Shown piece by piece: positions 32,097-41,400 of a DNA stretch of 64,000 nt. The DNA comes from Candidatus Omnitrophota bacterium (GTDB lineage Bacteria > Omnitrophota > Gorgyraeia > Zapsychrales > Zapsychraceae): positions 2,649-66,648 of the forward strand of contig JAIORP010000168.1 of NCBI GenBank assembly GCA_021108075.1, written 5' to 3'. Position numbers and translations under genes: made by a program. The stretch's first letter is position 1; every line of letters begins with the position of its first letter. Under the pieces are notes generated by a model. The model made no database searches, was not told the origin of the DNA, and saw only the letters and a program-made list of their open reading frames with translations.

Positions 32097-32306
32097 CTAA
32101 AAAACTGATTTCTTACCGACAATAAATCCGAGGCCAAATCCCGCCAGAAGAAATAAAACTAAAAAAATGATCCGTGACATGCTGATTTTCCAGAACAATA
32201 ATTGAAAATCAACAACCTGTGTGTTCTGCAACAACACGATGAGGACGATTCCTGCTAGAAGGCTCAAAGCGATCAATTTCATTCTGCCCATATCATCAAA
32301 ACTCAT
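32097..32306 (-). CDS. LapA/DUF1049-family small membrane protein
   Basis: Two TMs around LLQNTQVVDFQLLFW. Confidence 0.75.
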   Translation of the reverse strand: MSFDDMGRMKLIALSLLAGIVLIVLLQNTQVVDFQLLFWKISMSRIIFLVLFLLAGFGLGFIVGKKSVF

Positions 32307-32320
32307 TGAGTTTCCCTATT

Positions 32321-33385
32321 CTATAACCATTTTTTCTTTTTAAAATAAACAAGTATCCCTGTTAAAACCAGTAACAATGCTCCGAGCATGACGTAAAATC
32401 CCAAACGCCAATGCGACATGGGCATGTGGTTGAAATTCATCCCAAACAAACAGGTAAAAAAGGTTGCCGGCATAAAGACAGCGACAAAAAAAACTAAAAC
32501 TTTCATGCTTTCATTGGTTTTGTTATTGATGTTTGAAAGATAAATATCGTTCAAGCCCGTAATAACCTCTCCAAAAGATTCAATGGTATCAATAACCTGG
32601 ACAGCATGATCAAAAACATCTTTTAAAAAGACCCCGGTTGATTCTTTTATCAACATGGAATCCGTATGCAGGAGACCATGAATGACATCCTTTATGGGAC
32701 AAATTTGACGACGCAGATAGATTACGTCCCGTTTTAATAAATGAATCTCTTGATTCATCTCCCGACTGACATCTGTAATCAATTCTTCTTCCATGTCTTC
32801 AATAAGGTTGCCGTAACGCTCTAACACCAGATAGTAATGATCAACGATGGCATCTAATAAAGCATAGGCCAAATAATCGGTTCCCATCTTGCGGATACGG
32901 CCTTTGTTCGCGCGCAAACGGTCTCTGATCGTCTCAAAAACATCCCCCCGGTGCTCTTGGAAGGTGATAACATAATTATGACCAATCAACAAACTGACCT
33001 GTTCAGCCTTTAATCCGTGATGCCTGGAGTCATAATAAAGCATTTTTACAACGATATAAAGATACGCCCCATAATCTTCCATCTTGGCGCGTTGCTCCGT
33101 ATTAACAATATCTTCTTGCACCAACGGGTGAATGCCAAAATGAGCGTCAATTTGTTCAATAATCTCAACTTGCTCAACACCGTCGATATTGATCCACGTC
33201 CGGCTAGGCTTATCGCGGTAGGCAAAGCAATCTTTAATGCTTTTTACGTTGGGTTCATCTAAAAAAGTCTCATCATAATCAAACGCGGTAATGATTGTTT
33301 TCTTTGTTCTTTTTTCACCGACATGAATTAATGTTCCTGGGGGCAAACCGATTTTTTTCGATACTTTTTTGTATAACTTTGGCAT
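32321..33385 (-). CDS. corA: Magnesium/cobalt transporter
   Basis: KKIGLPPGTLIHVGE N-terminus, HPLVQEDI, FGMNF signature. Start at MPKLY with AAAGGAG SD. Confidence 0.93.
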   Translation of the reverse strand: MPKLYKKVSKKIGLPPGTLIHVGEKRTKKTIITAFDYDETFLDEPNVKSIKDCFAYRDKPSRTWINIDGVEQVEIIEQIDAHFGIHPLVQEDIVNTEQRAKMEDYGAYLYIVVKMLYYDSRHHGLKAEQVSLLIGHNYVITFQEHRGDVFETIRDRLRANKGRIRKMGTDYLAYALLDAIVDHYYLVLERYGNLIEDMEEELITDVSREMNQEIHLLKRDVIYLRRQICPIKDVIHGLLHTDSMLIKESTGVFLKDVFDHAVQVIDTIESFGEVITGLNDIYLSNINNKTNESMKVLVFFVAVFMPATFFTCLFGMNFNHMPMSHWRLGFYVMLGALLLVLTGILVYFKKKKWL

Positions 33386-33464
33386 ACGATCTCCTTTCAC
33401 TCGTCTCCAAATGAATAGCACTGAGAACAAAAACAACACTGCCGTTACTGACACGGCGCAGTCA

Positions 33465-35606
33465 TTAGGAACTCATTTTGCCGATCAAGACCACAACACT
33501 GTACGGCTTCGCCAGGTAACGCTCCGGGGGGCTTAGCAACACTTCTGCTTCAATCTGACAAAATTCCTCTCCCGCAGGCAAATCCGTATCGATAGCCCGG
33601 TACCATTGTTTACCATCGTACTGAGGCAGTTCTATTGTCTGCTCTTTTTCATCAGCATTCAAAATAAAAAACAAATGATAATCCCCTAAATCCGAAGGGA
33701 TTTCGCTGCCATCAAATTGATAACACAAACACTTCAAGTCGGGATTCAACCAGTCAGGAGTATTCAGGTGAGCATCAAACCACAAAACGTCCGGAACATT
33801 ATCATGATCCTGGTCCTTTCCTGAAAGGAACTTCTCTCTTTTTAGAATAGAATAATGCTGTCGAAACGCAATCGCTTTCTGAGAAAAATGAAACAGGTCA
33901 TCATGTCTGTCTATCAGACCCCAATCAAACCAGGTCAGCTCATTGTCCTGGCAATAAGCATTGTTATTACCCTGCTGTGTGCGCATGCATTCATCTCCGG
34001 CTAACAACATGGGTGTTCCAATAGAGAAAAATAAAAAACATAAGGCGTTTTTAGCCATCTTTTTTCTCAAGCGGTTGACACTGTCTTCATCTGTTGGCCC
34101 CTCACAACCACAATTCCATGAATGATTATCATTGGAACCATCCCGGTTATCTTCCTTATTAGCTTCATTGTGTTTCTGGTTGTATGCGTACAAATCAGAC
34201 AAGGTAAAACCATCATGACACGTGATGAAATTGATGCTGTTATGAGGTTGGCGTTGATCCTGACCATACAGGTCAGCCGATCCCGTTAACCGCCAGGCAA
34301 GATCTTGTATTTGCCGGGGATCACCTTTATTAAAGCGTCTGATCGTGTCACGAAACCGCCCATTCCATTCGGACCAGTTATAAGGGAAATGGCCCACTTG
34401 ATAGGTTGTTAAATCCCATGGTTCCGCGATTAACTTGCGTTGATTCAGGACCGGATCGTCCTGAATCAATTTAAAAAACAGGGAGTCTTTATCATAACGG
34501 CCTTTCACCCGTGCTAATATTGACGCCAAATCGAAACGAAACCCATCCACATGCATAACCTCAACCCAATAACGCAAAGAATCCATCACAAGCCGCATGA
34601 CGAGAGGATGTTCAATGTTAAAGGTATTACCACAACCCGTATCATTCAGGTAATGGCGGTACGGTTGACCGTCTACGCCAACCAGCGAATAATATGTCGC
34701 ATTATCCACTCCGCGGTAACAAATGGTCGGTCCTAATTCATTCCCTTCCGCCGTGTGGTTATACACAACATCCATAATAACTTCTATCCCTGCCTTATGC
34801 AGTTCCCTGACCATTGTTTTAAACTCAACCACTTCTACTCCTGGTTCTCTTTTAGACCCATAGGATGGTTCCGGCGCTAAAAAGGAGACCGTGTTATACC
34901 CCCAATACTCACTTAACCCCGCGGAAACCAAACCATCGCGCACAAAAAAATGCTGCACCGGTAATACTTCAACCGCGTTGACACCTAATTTTTTAAGATA
35001 GGGAATTTTTTCAATAAGGCCAAGGTATGTTCCGGGATGTTTGACCATCGAACTTGGATGAGCGGTGAAACCTTTCAGATGAATTTCATAAAGAATCAAA
35101 TCGTTTAATGAAATATTCAACGGCTTGTCATCTTGCCAATCAAAATGATTGTCAATAACAAGGGATTTTGGCACATGCGCGAATGATTCTAATAAACTAA
35201 ATGAGAGGTCCTGCTCTTTATGATCCATAGCATAACCCTGCAAATGATTTTCGCTGTTGTCATATTGGCCGAAAACAGCCTTCGCATAAGGATCCAGGAG
35301 TAATTTATGGGCGTTAAACCGTTGTCCATTGACGGGATCATACGGCCCTTCGACTTTATAACCATACATCTGCCCCGGATGAATGCCTTCAACCCGAATG
35401 TGCCAGACCGCATGATCCGAACGCGTCAACGGAATAATGTCTGTTGGCGCTTGCCCCTTCCGGTCAAAAAGACACACGTAAACACACTGAGCGTATTCAG
35501 AATAGATAGCAAAATTTGTGCCATTCCCTTCCCAGGTGGCCCCGAGCGGTTCAGGCTGGCCCGGATGAACCTGCCGATTTGTTTTAGGTGTTATCTTGAT
35601 TGTCAT
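33465..35606 (-). CDS. glgX: Glycogen debranching enzyme (isoamylase)
   Basis: KLLLDPYAK, YWGYNT, DGFRFDLA, NFITCHDGFTL, QQGNNNAYCQDNE. Confidence 0.95.
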   Translation of the reverse strand: MTIKITPKTNRQVHPGQPEPLGATWEGNGTNFAIYSEYAQCVYVCLFDRKGQAPTDIIPLTRSDHAVWHIRVEGIHPGQMYGYKVEGPYDPVNGQRFNAHKLLLDPYAKAVFGQYDNSENHLQGYAMDHKEQDLSFSLLESFAHVPKSLVIDNHFDWQDDKPLNISLNDLILYEIHLKGFTAHPSSMVKHPGTYLGLIEKIPYLKKLGVNAVEVLPVQHFFVRDGLVSAGLSEYWGYNTVSFLAPEPSYGSKREPGVEVVEFKTMVRELHKAGIEVIMDVVYNHTAEGNELGPTICYRGVDNATYYSLVGVDGQPYRHYLNDTGCGNTFNIEHPLVMRLVMDSLRYWVEVMHVDGFRFDLASILARVKGRYDKDSLFFKLIQDDPVLNQRKLIAEPWDLTTYQVGHFPYNWSEWNGRFRDTIRRFNKGDPRQIQDLAWRLTGSADLYGQDQRQPHNSINFITCHDGFTLSDLYAYNQKHNEANKEDNRDGSNDNHSWNCGCEGPTDEDSVNRLRKKMAKNALCFLFFSIGTPMLLAGDECMRTQQGNNNAYCQDNELTWFDWGLIDRHDDLFHFSQKAIAFRQHYSILKREKFLSGKDQDHDNVPDVLWFDAHLNTPDWLNPDLKCLCYQFDGSEIPSDLGDYHLFFILNADEKEQTIELPQYDGKQWYRAIDTDLPAGEEFCQIEAEVLLSPPERYLAKPYSVVVLIGKMSS

Positions 35607-35648
35607 AAATATATTCTAACGTTTACGGCAGTCACCTTCAGGTATTGA

Positions 35649-35834
35649 TTTTAACCCGGAAACGGAAATTGGGATCACCTGCGAAGGCAAAACTCGTCGC
35701 AATTGCTACGTGATGCTCGGGATTATTTCGTGAAGCGTATCGAGATACGGTGAACGAAATAATCCCGAGCATCACGTAGCAATTGCGACAACTGCCTTCT
35801 CGTTACGATTCCGATTGCATTTTCCGGGTTAAAA
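35649..35834. mobile_element. 186-bp fold-back element (MITE C)
   Basis: Perfect 14-bp terminal IR TTTTAACCCGGAAA / TTTCCGGGTTAAAA and a perfect 36-bp internal IR (35696-35731 / 35754-35789). Confidence 0.8.
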
Positions 35835-37133
35835 CGGTTTTTGAAATTTAAAGAGGATCTCTTCATTCGTTGTCTCGTCTTGAACTGATTGATCTCCCGC
35901 GCCCAAGTCCTTTAATTCTGTTGACACTTCGATAGAAAAATTCTCTGTGATAGCGACTTCGCCGCCTATCTTCTGTTTTGTTTTGACCTCTTGATTCTGT
36001 GCGTCCACATGACGCTCAATATTATAACTGGCCTCAATGTTGTCGGTTATTTCTTTCGAAACCGAAACCCCTTTAACGTCCGCATCAAAGGTGATGGAGA
36101 TATCCTTAAGGCCTAACTTATTCGCTACTTGATCCAATTGGCCGCCCAACAAGAAGTAATCGATCACGTCCTTAACCATATCAGGACTGAGTTGTCCTTT
36201 TCGAAAATGCTCTTCGGTTGTCTTCCATGTCTTATTTGTCGCCAGCATCAGCAACAACTTGCTTTGCGCCATGGGGGGAGTTGATGTGACGGAGATGTCC
36301 GGTTGCTGTAAATCTCCACGCAATGCGATGTTGATGTTCACTTCTTCAATTTCGGATATAGCTCGAATAGCCAGACGGGGATTTGCCGGATCACCAGAAA
36401 AATAAATTTTACTCTGAGCCAAATGAATCAGCGCCGTCCTTTTCCCGAATATCTCTCCCTGCTGCACATGGACTGTGCCATGCAATTCAACATCATCCTT
36501 CTTCTCTTTGATGTTCAGTTCAAAAGAGCACGGCGCGTTCTCCAGGGTCACAAGTTCATGTTTAATTTTAGAAACATGTGCTTTACCAGTGACATCAAGA
36601 CTGTCTATAGTCCCCTTCACAAAAATGTCAACATCAAATAAATCCCCTTTTAACTTCTTAAATTGAGAATCTTGGATAAAGTGCTTCAAATCTTCGATCG
36701 ACATCTTATACGTCGAGACATTAAAATCCAGTTTATCCCCGTTTAGAGAACCAGAAATCAAAATCGGATCAGAATCATCAATGACCGCACGAAAATTATC
36801 AATCCTGACTTCAATCCCTTCGAGACTCAACCTCTTCAAAGCAAAAGACATGTCCTGAATCTTAATGACATTCGGTTTTGGCAACTCATCCATATCGGAA
36901 ATCTGCACATTCTTAAATTCAAGTCCATCGACAAAAGTTCCGCTCACACTCTCCCAGCTTATCTGATATTCCTGTGCATAGCGATCTTTTATTTTCTCCA
37001 AAGCAAAATGACACCCGCCCTGCGTGAATAAAAGGTAATAACCCAGACCAAGGGCGCAAAAAACAAAAATAAAAAATAAGATAGAGATTGATATGGGTAC
37101 AATTCTGGAAGAGTTTCGCATTTTATTATCCAT
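35829..37133 (-). CDS. TamB-like (translocation/assembly module, DUF490-type) protein
   Basis: N-terminal TM anchor, beta-rich body, IYFSGDPANPRLAIRA...LRGDLQQPDISVTSTPPMAQSKLLLML pattern of the TamB C-domain. Confidence 0.7.
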   Translation of the reverse strand: MDNKMRNSSRIVPISISILFFIFVFCALGLGYYLLFTQGGCHFALEKIKDRYAQEYQISWESVSGTFVDGLEFKNVQISDMDELPKPNVIKIQDMSFALKRLSLEGIEVRIDNFRAVIDDSDPILISGSLNGDKLDFNVSTYKMSIEDLKHFIQDSQFKKLKGDLFDVDIFVKGTIDSLDVTGKAHVSKIKHELVTLENAPCSFELNIKEKKDDVELHGTVHVQQGEIFGKRTALIHLAQSKIYFSGDPANPRLAIRAISEIEEVNINIALRGDLQQPDISVTSTPPMAQSKLLLMLATNKTWKTTEEHFRKGQLSPDMVKDVIDYFLLGGQLDQVANKLGLKDISITFDADVKGVSVSKEITDNIEASYNIERHVDAQNQEVKTKQKIGGEVAITENFSIEVSTELKDLGAGDQSVQDETTNEEILFKFQKPF

Positions 37134-37145
37134 TCTCTTTTTTAT

Positions 37146-37326
37146 ACCACATCCATTAATGAATTGTTCTATTTCGATTTTGGCAATTATACCAATTCCG
37201 TTAAATAATTTTCAAAAATTCTCATCGATTTTGGCGAACGCTTTTACGCGAATTGAGAAAAAAAATCAGTAAAATTATTTATTGGATTTGGTCTCGCTAT
37301 TTGTACAATTATTTAACGTAATTGGT
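37146..37326. mobile_element. Composite of nested MITE A-related elements
   Basis: Reverse-oriented A-type ends at 37146 and 37308-37326 enclose a second ~102-bp element 37191-37292 (ACCAATTCCGTTAAAT...ATTGGATTTGGT). Confidence 0.65.
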
Positions 37327-37327
37327 A

Positions 37328-38401
37328 TCAGTCACCAAAACATGTTCCCAATGAACGGGCCGACTGAACGAGATAATGTTGCGGATCAATCAGTCGGGCC
37401 CCCTTTGCCACATCGGATAAAGCGACATCGATAAGCTGCTGGCCCTGGACTCCGACCATAAACCCGAACTTATTGCGTTGAATCATATCGACAACATACG
37501 TGCCCAACTTAGTTGCCAGGACACGGTCAAATGCGCACGGTGCTCCCCCACGCTGCAAATGCCCGATGTCAACGGCCCGGGCCTCTAAACCCGTGATCTC
37601 TTCAATCTGTCCGCTTAATATCTGGGCAATCCCACCCAACCGGACAGGACCACTCGCCTTATCAGCCATTTTCTCAATAACCACATCACCGCCTTGCGGC
37701 TTAGCTCCCTCGGCGACAACGATAATGCTAAATCCGCTGTCTTTTTGATTTCTGTCTTTAACACGCTGCGCGATCACATCTAAATTGTATGGAATTTCAG
37801 GAATCAAAATGATATCTCCGCCACCGGCAATACCGGAGTAAAGGGCGATCCAGCCCGCGGTGCGCCCCATGGCTTCAATGATCATCACGCGATGATGGGA
37901 TTGGGCGGTTGTATGAATGCGGTCAATCCCATCGGTCACGACATTGACGGCTGACTGAAATCCGAAAGTTATTTCCGTTCCGATAATATCATTATCAATG
38001 GTTTTTGGTACACCCACGACAGGAATACCGGATTGCATCATTTTACAGGCGATCGCTAAGGTGCCATCGCCGCCAATACAGACTAAACAATCAAGGTCCA
38101 GGTCTCTAATATTTCTGATGACATCAGCGGATACATCAACCGGATCAGCCCCTTTAGTGGCGACATAGTTATAAGGATCGGCCTTGTTTGTCGTTCCTAA
38201 TATTGTTCCGCCTAAAGTTAGAATGCCTGAAACATCTTTAAAGTCTAATGCCCGGTATTTCTCATTGATCAGACCTTCAAATCCATCTTCAATGCCGATC
38301 ACATCCATGTTGCGGGATAAAATCGCTTTTTTGGTTACCGCCCGAATCACGGCATTAAGGCCGGGGCAATCCCCTCCACCTGTCAGTATTCCTATTTTCA
38401 T
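37328..38401 (-). CDS. pfkA: 6-phosphofructokinase (PfkA family)
   Basis: LTGGGDCPGLNAVIR, IGGDGT, PKTIDND, EAMGR, GHLQRGG. Confidence 0.95.
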   Translation of the reverse strand: MKIGILTGGGDCPGLNAVIRAVTKKAILSRNMDVIGIEDGFEGLINEKYRALDFKDVSGILTLGGTILGTTNKADPYNYVATKGADPVDVSADVIRNIRDLDLDCLVCIGGDGTLAIACKMMQSGIPVVGVPKTIDNDIIGTEITFGFQSAVNVVTDGIDRIHTTAQSHHRVMIIEAMGRTAGWIALYSGIAGGGDIILIPEIPYNLDVIAQRVKDRNQKDSGFSIIVVAEGAKPQGGDVVIEKMADKASGPVRLGGIAQILSGQIEEITGLEARAVDIGHLQRGGAPCAFDRVLATKLGTYVVDMIQRNKFGFMVGVQGQQLIDVALSDVAKGARLIDPQHYLVQSARSLGTCFGD

Positions 38402-38464
38402 AACATAATCTCCCCTGTGGTGATCCTCAAACCGGGCTCGTATTCAACCTCAATCAACCGAACC

Positions 38465-41400
38465 TTAAAAATAAGGAATAGTAATATCTATCTTCGTTCC
38501 CTTGTTCTGACGGCCTTTAAACGATATCGATCCATTCAGCGACTGCAGACGTTCTTTCATCCCAATAACACCTAATGACTTTTTATCTGAAATCTGCTTT
38601 TCGGTGATGCCGATTCCATTGTCCTGTATTGTAAACTGGATAAAATCCTCCGTAGATATAATGCTAATAGTAATTCTCGTCGCCCGGGCATGCCGCAGGA
38701 CATTGGTCAAGGCCTCTTGAAAAATCCTGAACAACACGGTCGCGACTTTCGGTTCAACAAGATGCTCCCCTTCGGAACGAACAAGGCATGTGAGGCCTGA
38801 CCGTTTCTCAAACTCCTGGGCCTGCCATTCGACCGCAGCAATGAGTCCCAAATCATCGAGAATGCCCGGCCGAATCTCACTTGAAATCTTTTGAACCCAA
38901 TGAATTGTATCATCAATCAATTTAAACATCGATTCAATTTTATCTAAACTTCTCGACTGGTCATTCACATGCGTTTTAAGCCAGGCTAAATCCATGCGTA
39001 ACGCGGTTAACGCCTGGCCCAATTCATCATGCAACTCACGCGCTATCCCCTTACGCTCTTCTTCACGCTCCTTATACAGGTGATCTGATAAATGTTTCAA
39101 TTTTTCATTGACATCGCTCAATTCACTGTTTTTTAACTCAAGTTCCCACTCAGCTTTTTTGCGGGCTGTGATATCCATCCCCTGGACAGAAATATAAGCA
39201 ATCTCGCCCGAATAGCCTTTAACCGGTTGAAAAACGCGGGCAGCAAATACTTTTTTTCCGTTTTTATCAAATGACACGCAGTCATGTTCCGAACGCTGGC
39301 CTTTCGTGGCGGCTTGAATAGATTTTTTTATTGTGGATATTTCTTCCTGTGTTTTTTCCCAGAACCAGGCTTCCCAGAGAGGTTTTCCTATGATCTTCGT
39401 CGGAAAACACCCATAGACATCATAGACCAACTGGTTAACCTCCAGCGTGTTCCCGTCTAAATCCGTAATCACAAAAAACTGAAAAAAAGATTGATCAAAA
39501 AACATCCTGAATCTCAGTTCACTATCACGAGAAGCCTCTTCGGCTGTTCGACGGACAGAAATATCTTTAAGAAAACCCAGATAACGATCCTCACTAATTT
39601 TTACCGTATCAATATTCAAATATCCCCTTGAGCCATCCTTGCGAAGATGCATCAGTTCTCCTTTAGACAGGCCTTTTGTGCGGACGCTGTTAAAGTGCGC
39701 CATGGCTTGTTTTTTCCAATCGTCGGGAAATAAATCCGGCATAGACATTTTTAATAGCTGCTGACGGCTATATCCTGTTATATTTGTAATGGCCGCGTTG
39801 GCCTCAATATACTGCCCCTTCTTGTTTGTGACCAGAATGCCATCCGGGGCGTTCTCGATATAGCTGCGAAACTTTGTTTCACTTTCGACAAGTGCCGTCT
39901 CCACACGCTTTCGGTCTGTTACGTCCAATAAAAGGCCATCCCATAGATACGATTTATCAGGCAACTGCTGCACACTGGCCAGAGCCCTCACCCATCTTAT
40001 TTCTCCCTCGGTAGACTTGACCCGCCAGGAAAAATCCCATTTCATATTCTTTTTAGCCATTTTCAGCAAAGTTGTCTTCAAAGACAGGATATCCTCCTCA
40101 ACGATAGTTGCCCGGATCAAATCATCATCGCTTAAAATTTGATCTGCCGTCAAACCAATAATTTTTTGAGTCCCTGAGGTAATATATTTAAACGCGCCTT
40201 TCGCGTCATTTTTGGGGTGCCAGTATTGAAATATGACTCCCGGCAAATTTTCAGTAATATTGGATAATTGTTCTTTGGTTTCCAACAATTCCTGTTGAGC
40301 GACTTTACGTTCGGTTATATCCGCGATAACCGTGATATGACAATCGGGGGCCTCCCCGATAGACCACATCGGTGAGACAGACAAACTGACCCAGACAACC
40401 GACCCATCTTTACGGCAGAACCGTTTCTCCATCGTAAACTCACGGATTTTCCCGCCGACAAGCAACTTCATACTATCTAAATCAGCCTTCAAATCATCAG
40501 GGTGTACGATGTCTTGAAACGTTTTTTTAAGCATCTCTGACGTCGAGTAACCGATGATTTCCCCGTAACGCTGGTTGATGCGGACAAATCGGCCTGTCCG
40601 CGAAATGATCTGGGCGACACCGACCCCCGCCTGTTCAAATATTGTCCTAAACCTAAGCTCACTTTCCTGCAATTGATTAAACACTTTCTGACGGGCTGAC
40701 ATTTCCAAATGCAACCGGGTCGCGTTAGACCTTAACTGTCGATTGGTGGTTATAAGTTCTCGTCCCCTGGCCTTCAATTGCCGGTTGGCGGCCTTTAAGT
40801 CCTCCTCAACCAGAATGAGTTTAGTAATATCATTGTGGATGCAGATGGCATTGATGACATTCTCATCTTTATCAAGGATGGGAGCGATAACAATATCAAA
40901 GACTATCAATCCATCGTCCTTAAATTTGATTTGTTTGACCTGATTTAATCGGTAGTGAAGGATAAAATTAATGGTTTTCTTAGCTGTAAAGACGCTTCTG
41001 ACTAAAGGCATTAATCCTTGCTTCTTAGCTTGCGCGTCCTTTAATACATTGTATTTACCGACAATATCCGTCCCCCCCGGGCCCAACAGTTGCAGTAAAG
41101 CCCGGTTCACTCTGACAATCGTTCCTTTTCCATCGCTGATCCACATGGGTGAAGGCGTTTTTTCAATGATTTCATCCAAAAACCTTTCATGTTTACGCGC
41201 TGCCCATTCAACCTGTTTGCATTGTGTGATATCTTCACCCGAACTCAAAGTTGTGACAATTCTTCCTTGATTATTGCGAACAATTGTATTGTGCCATGAA
41301 ATAATCCGCCTTTTACCTTTGCGGGTTAGGATTTCATTTTCATAGTATTCAACCGGATCAAGCTCCCCGCACATAATTGACCGAAAATATTTTTTAACTT

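Noticed and set aside
35696-35789. 36-bp repeat as a CRISPR repeat
   Set aside because: The two copies are inverted rather than direct, there are only two, and no cas genes are present.
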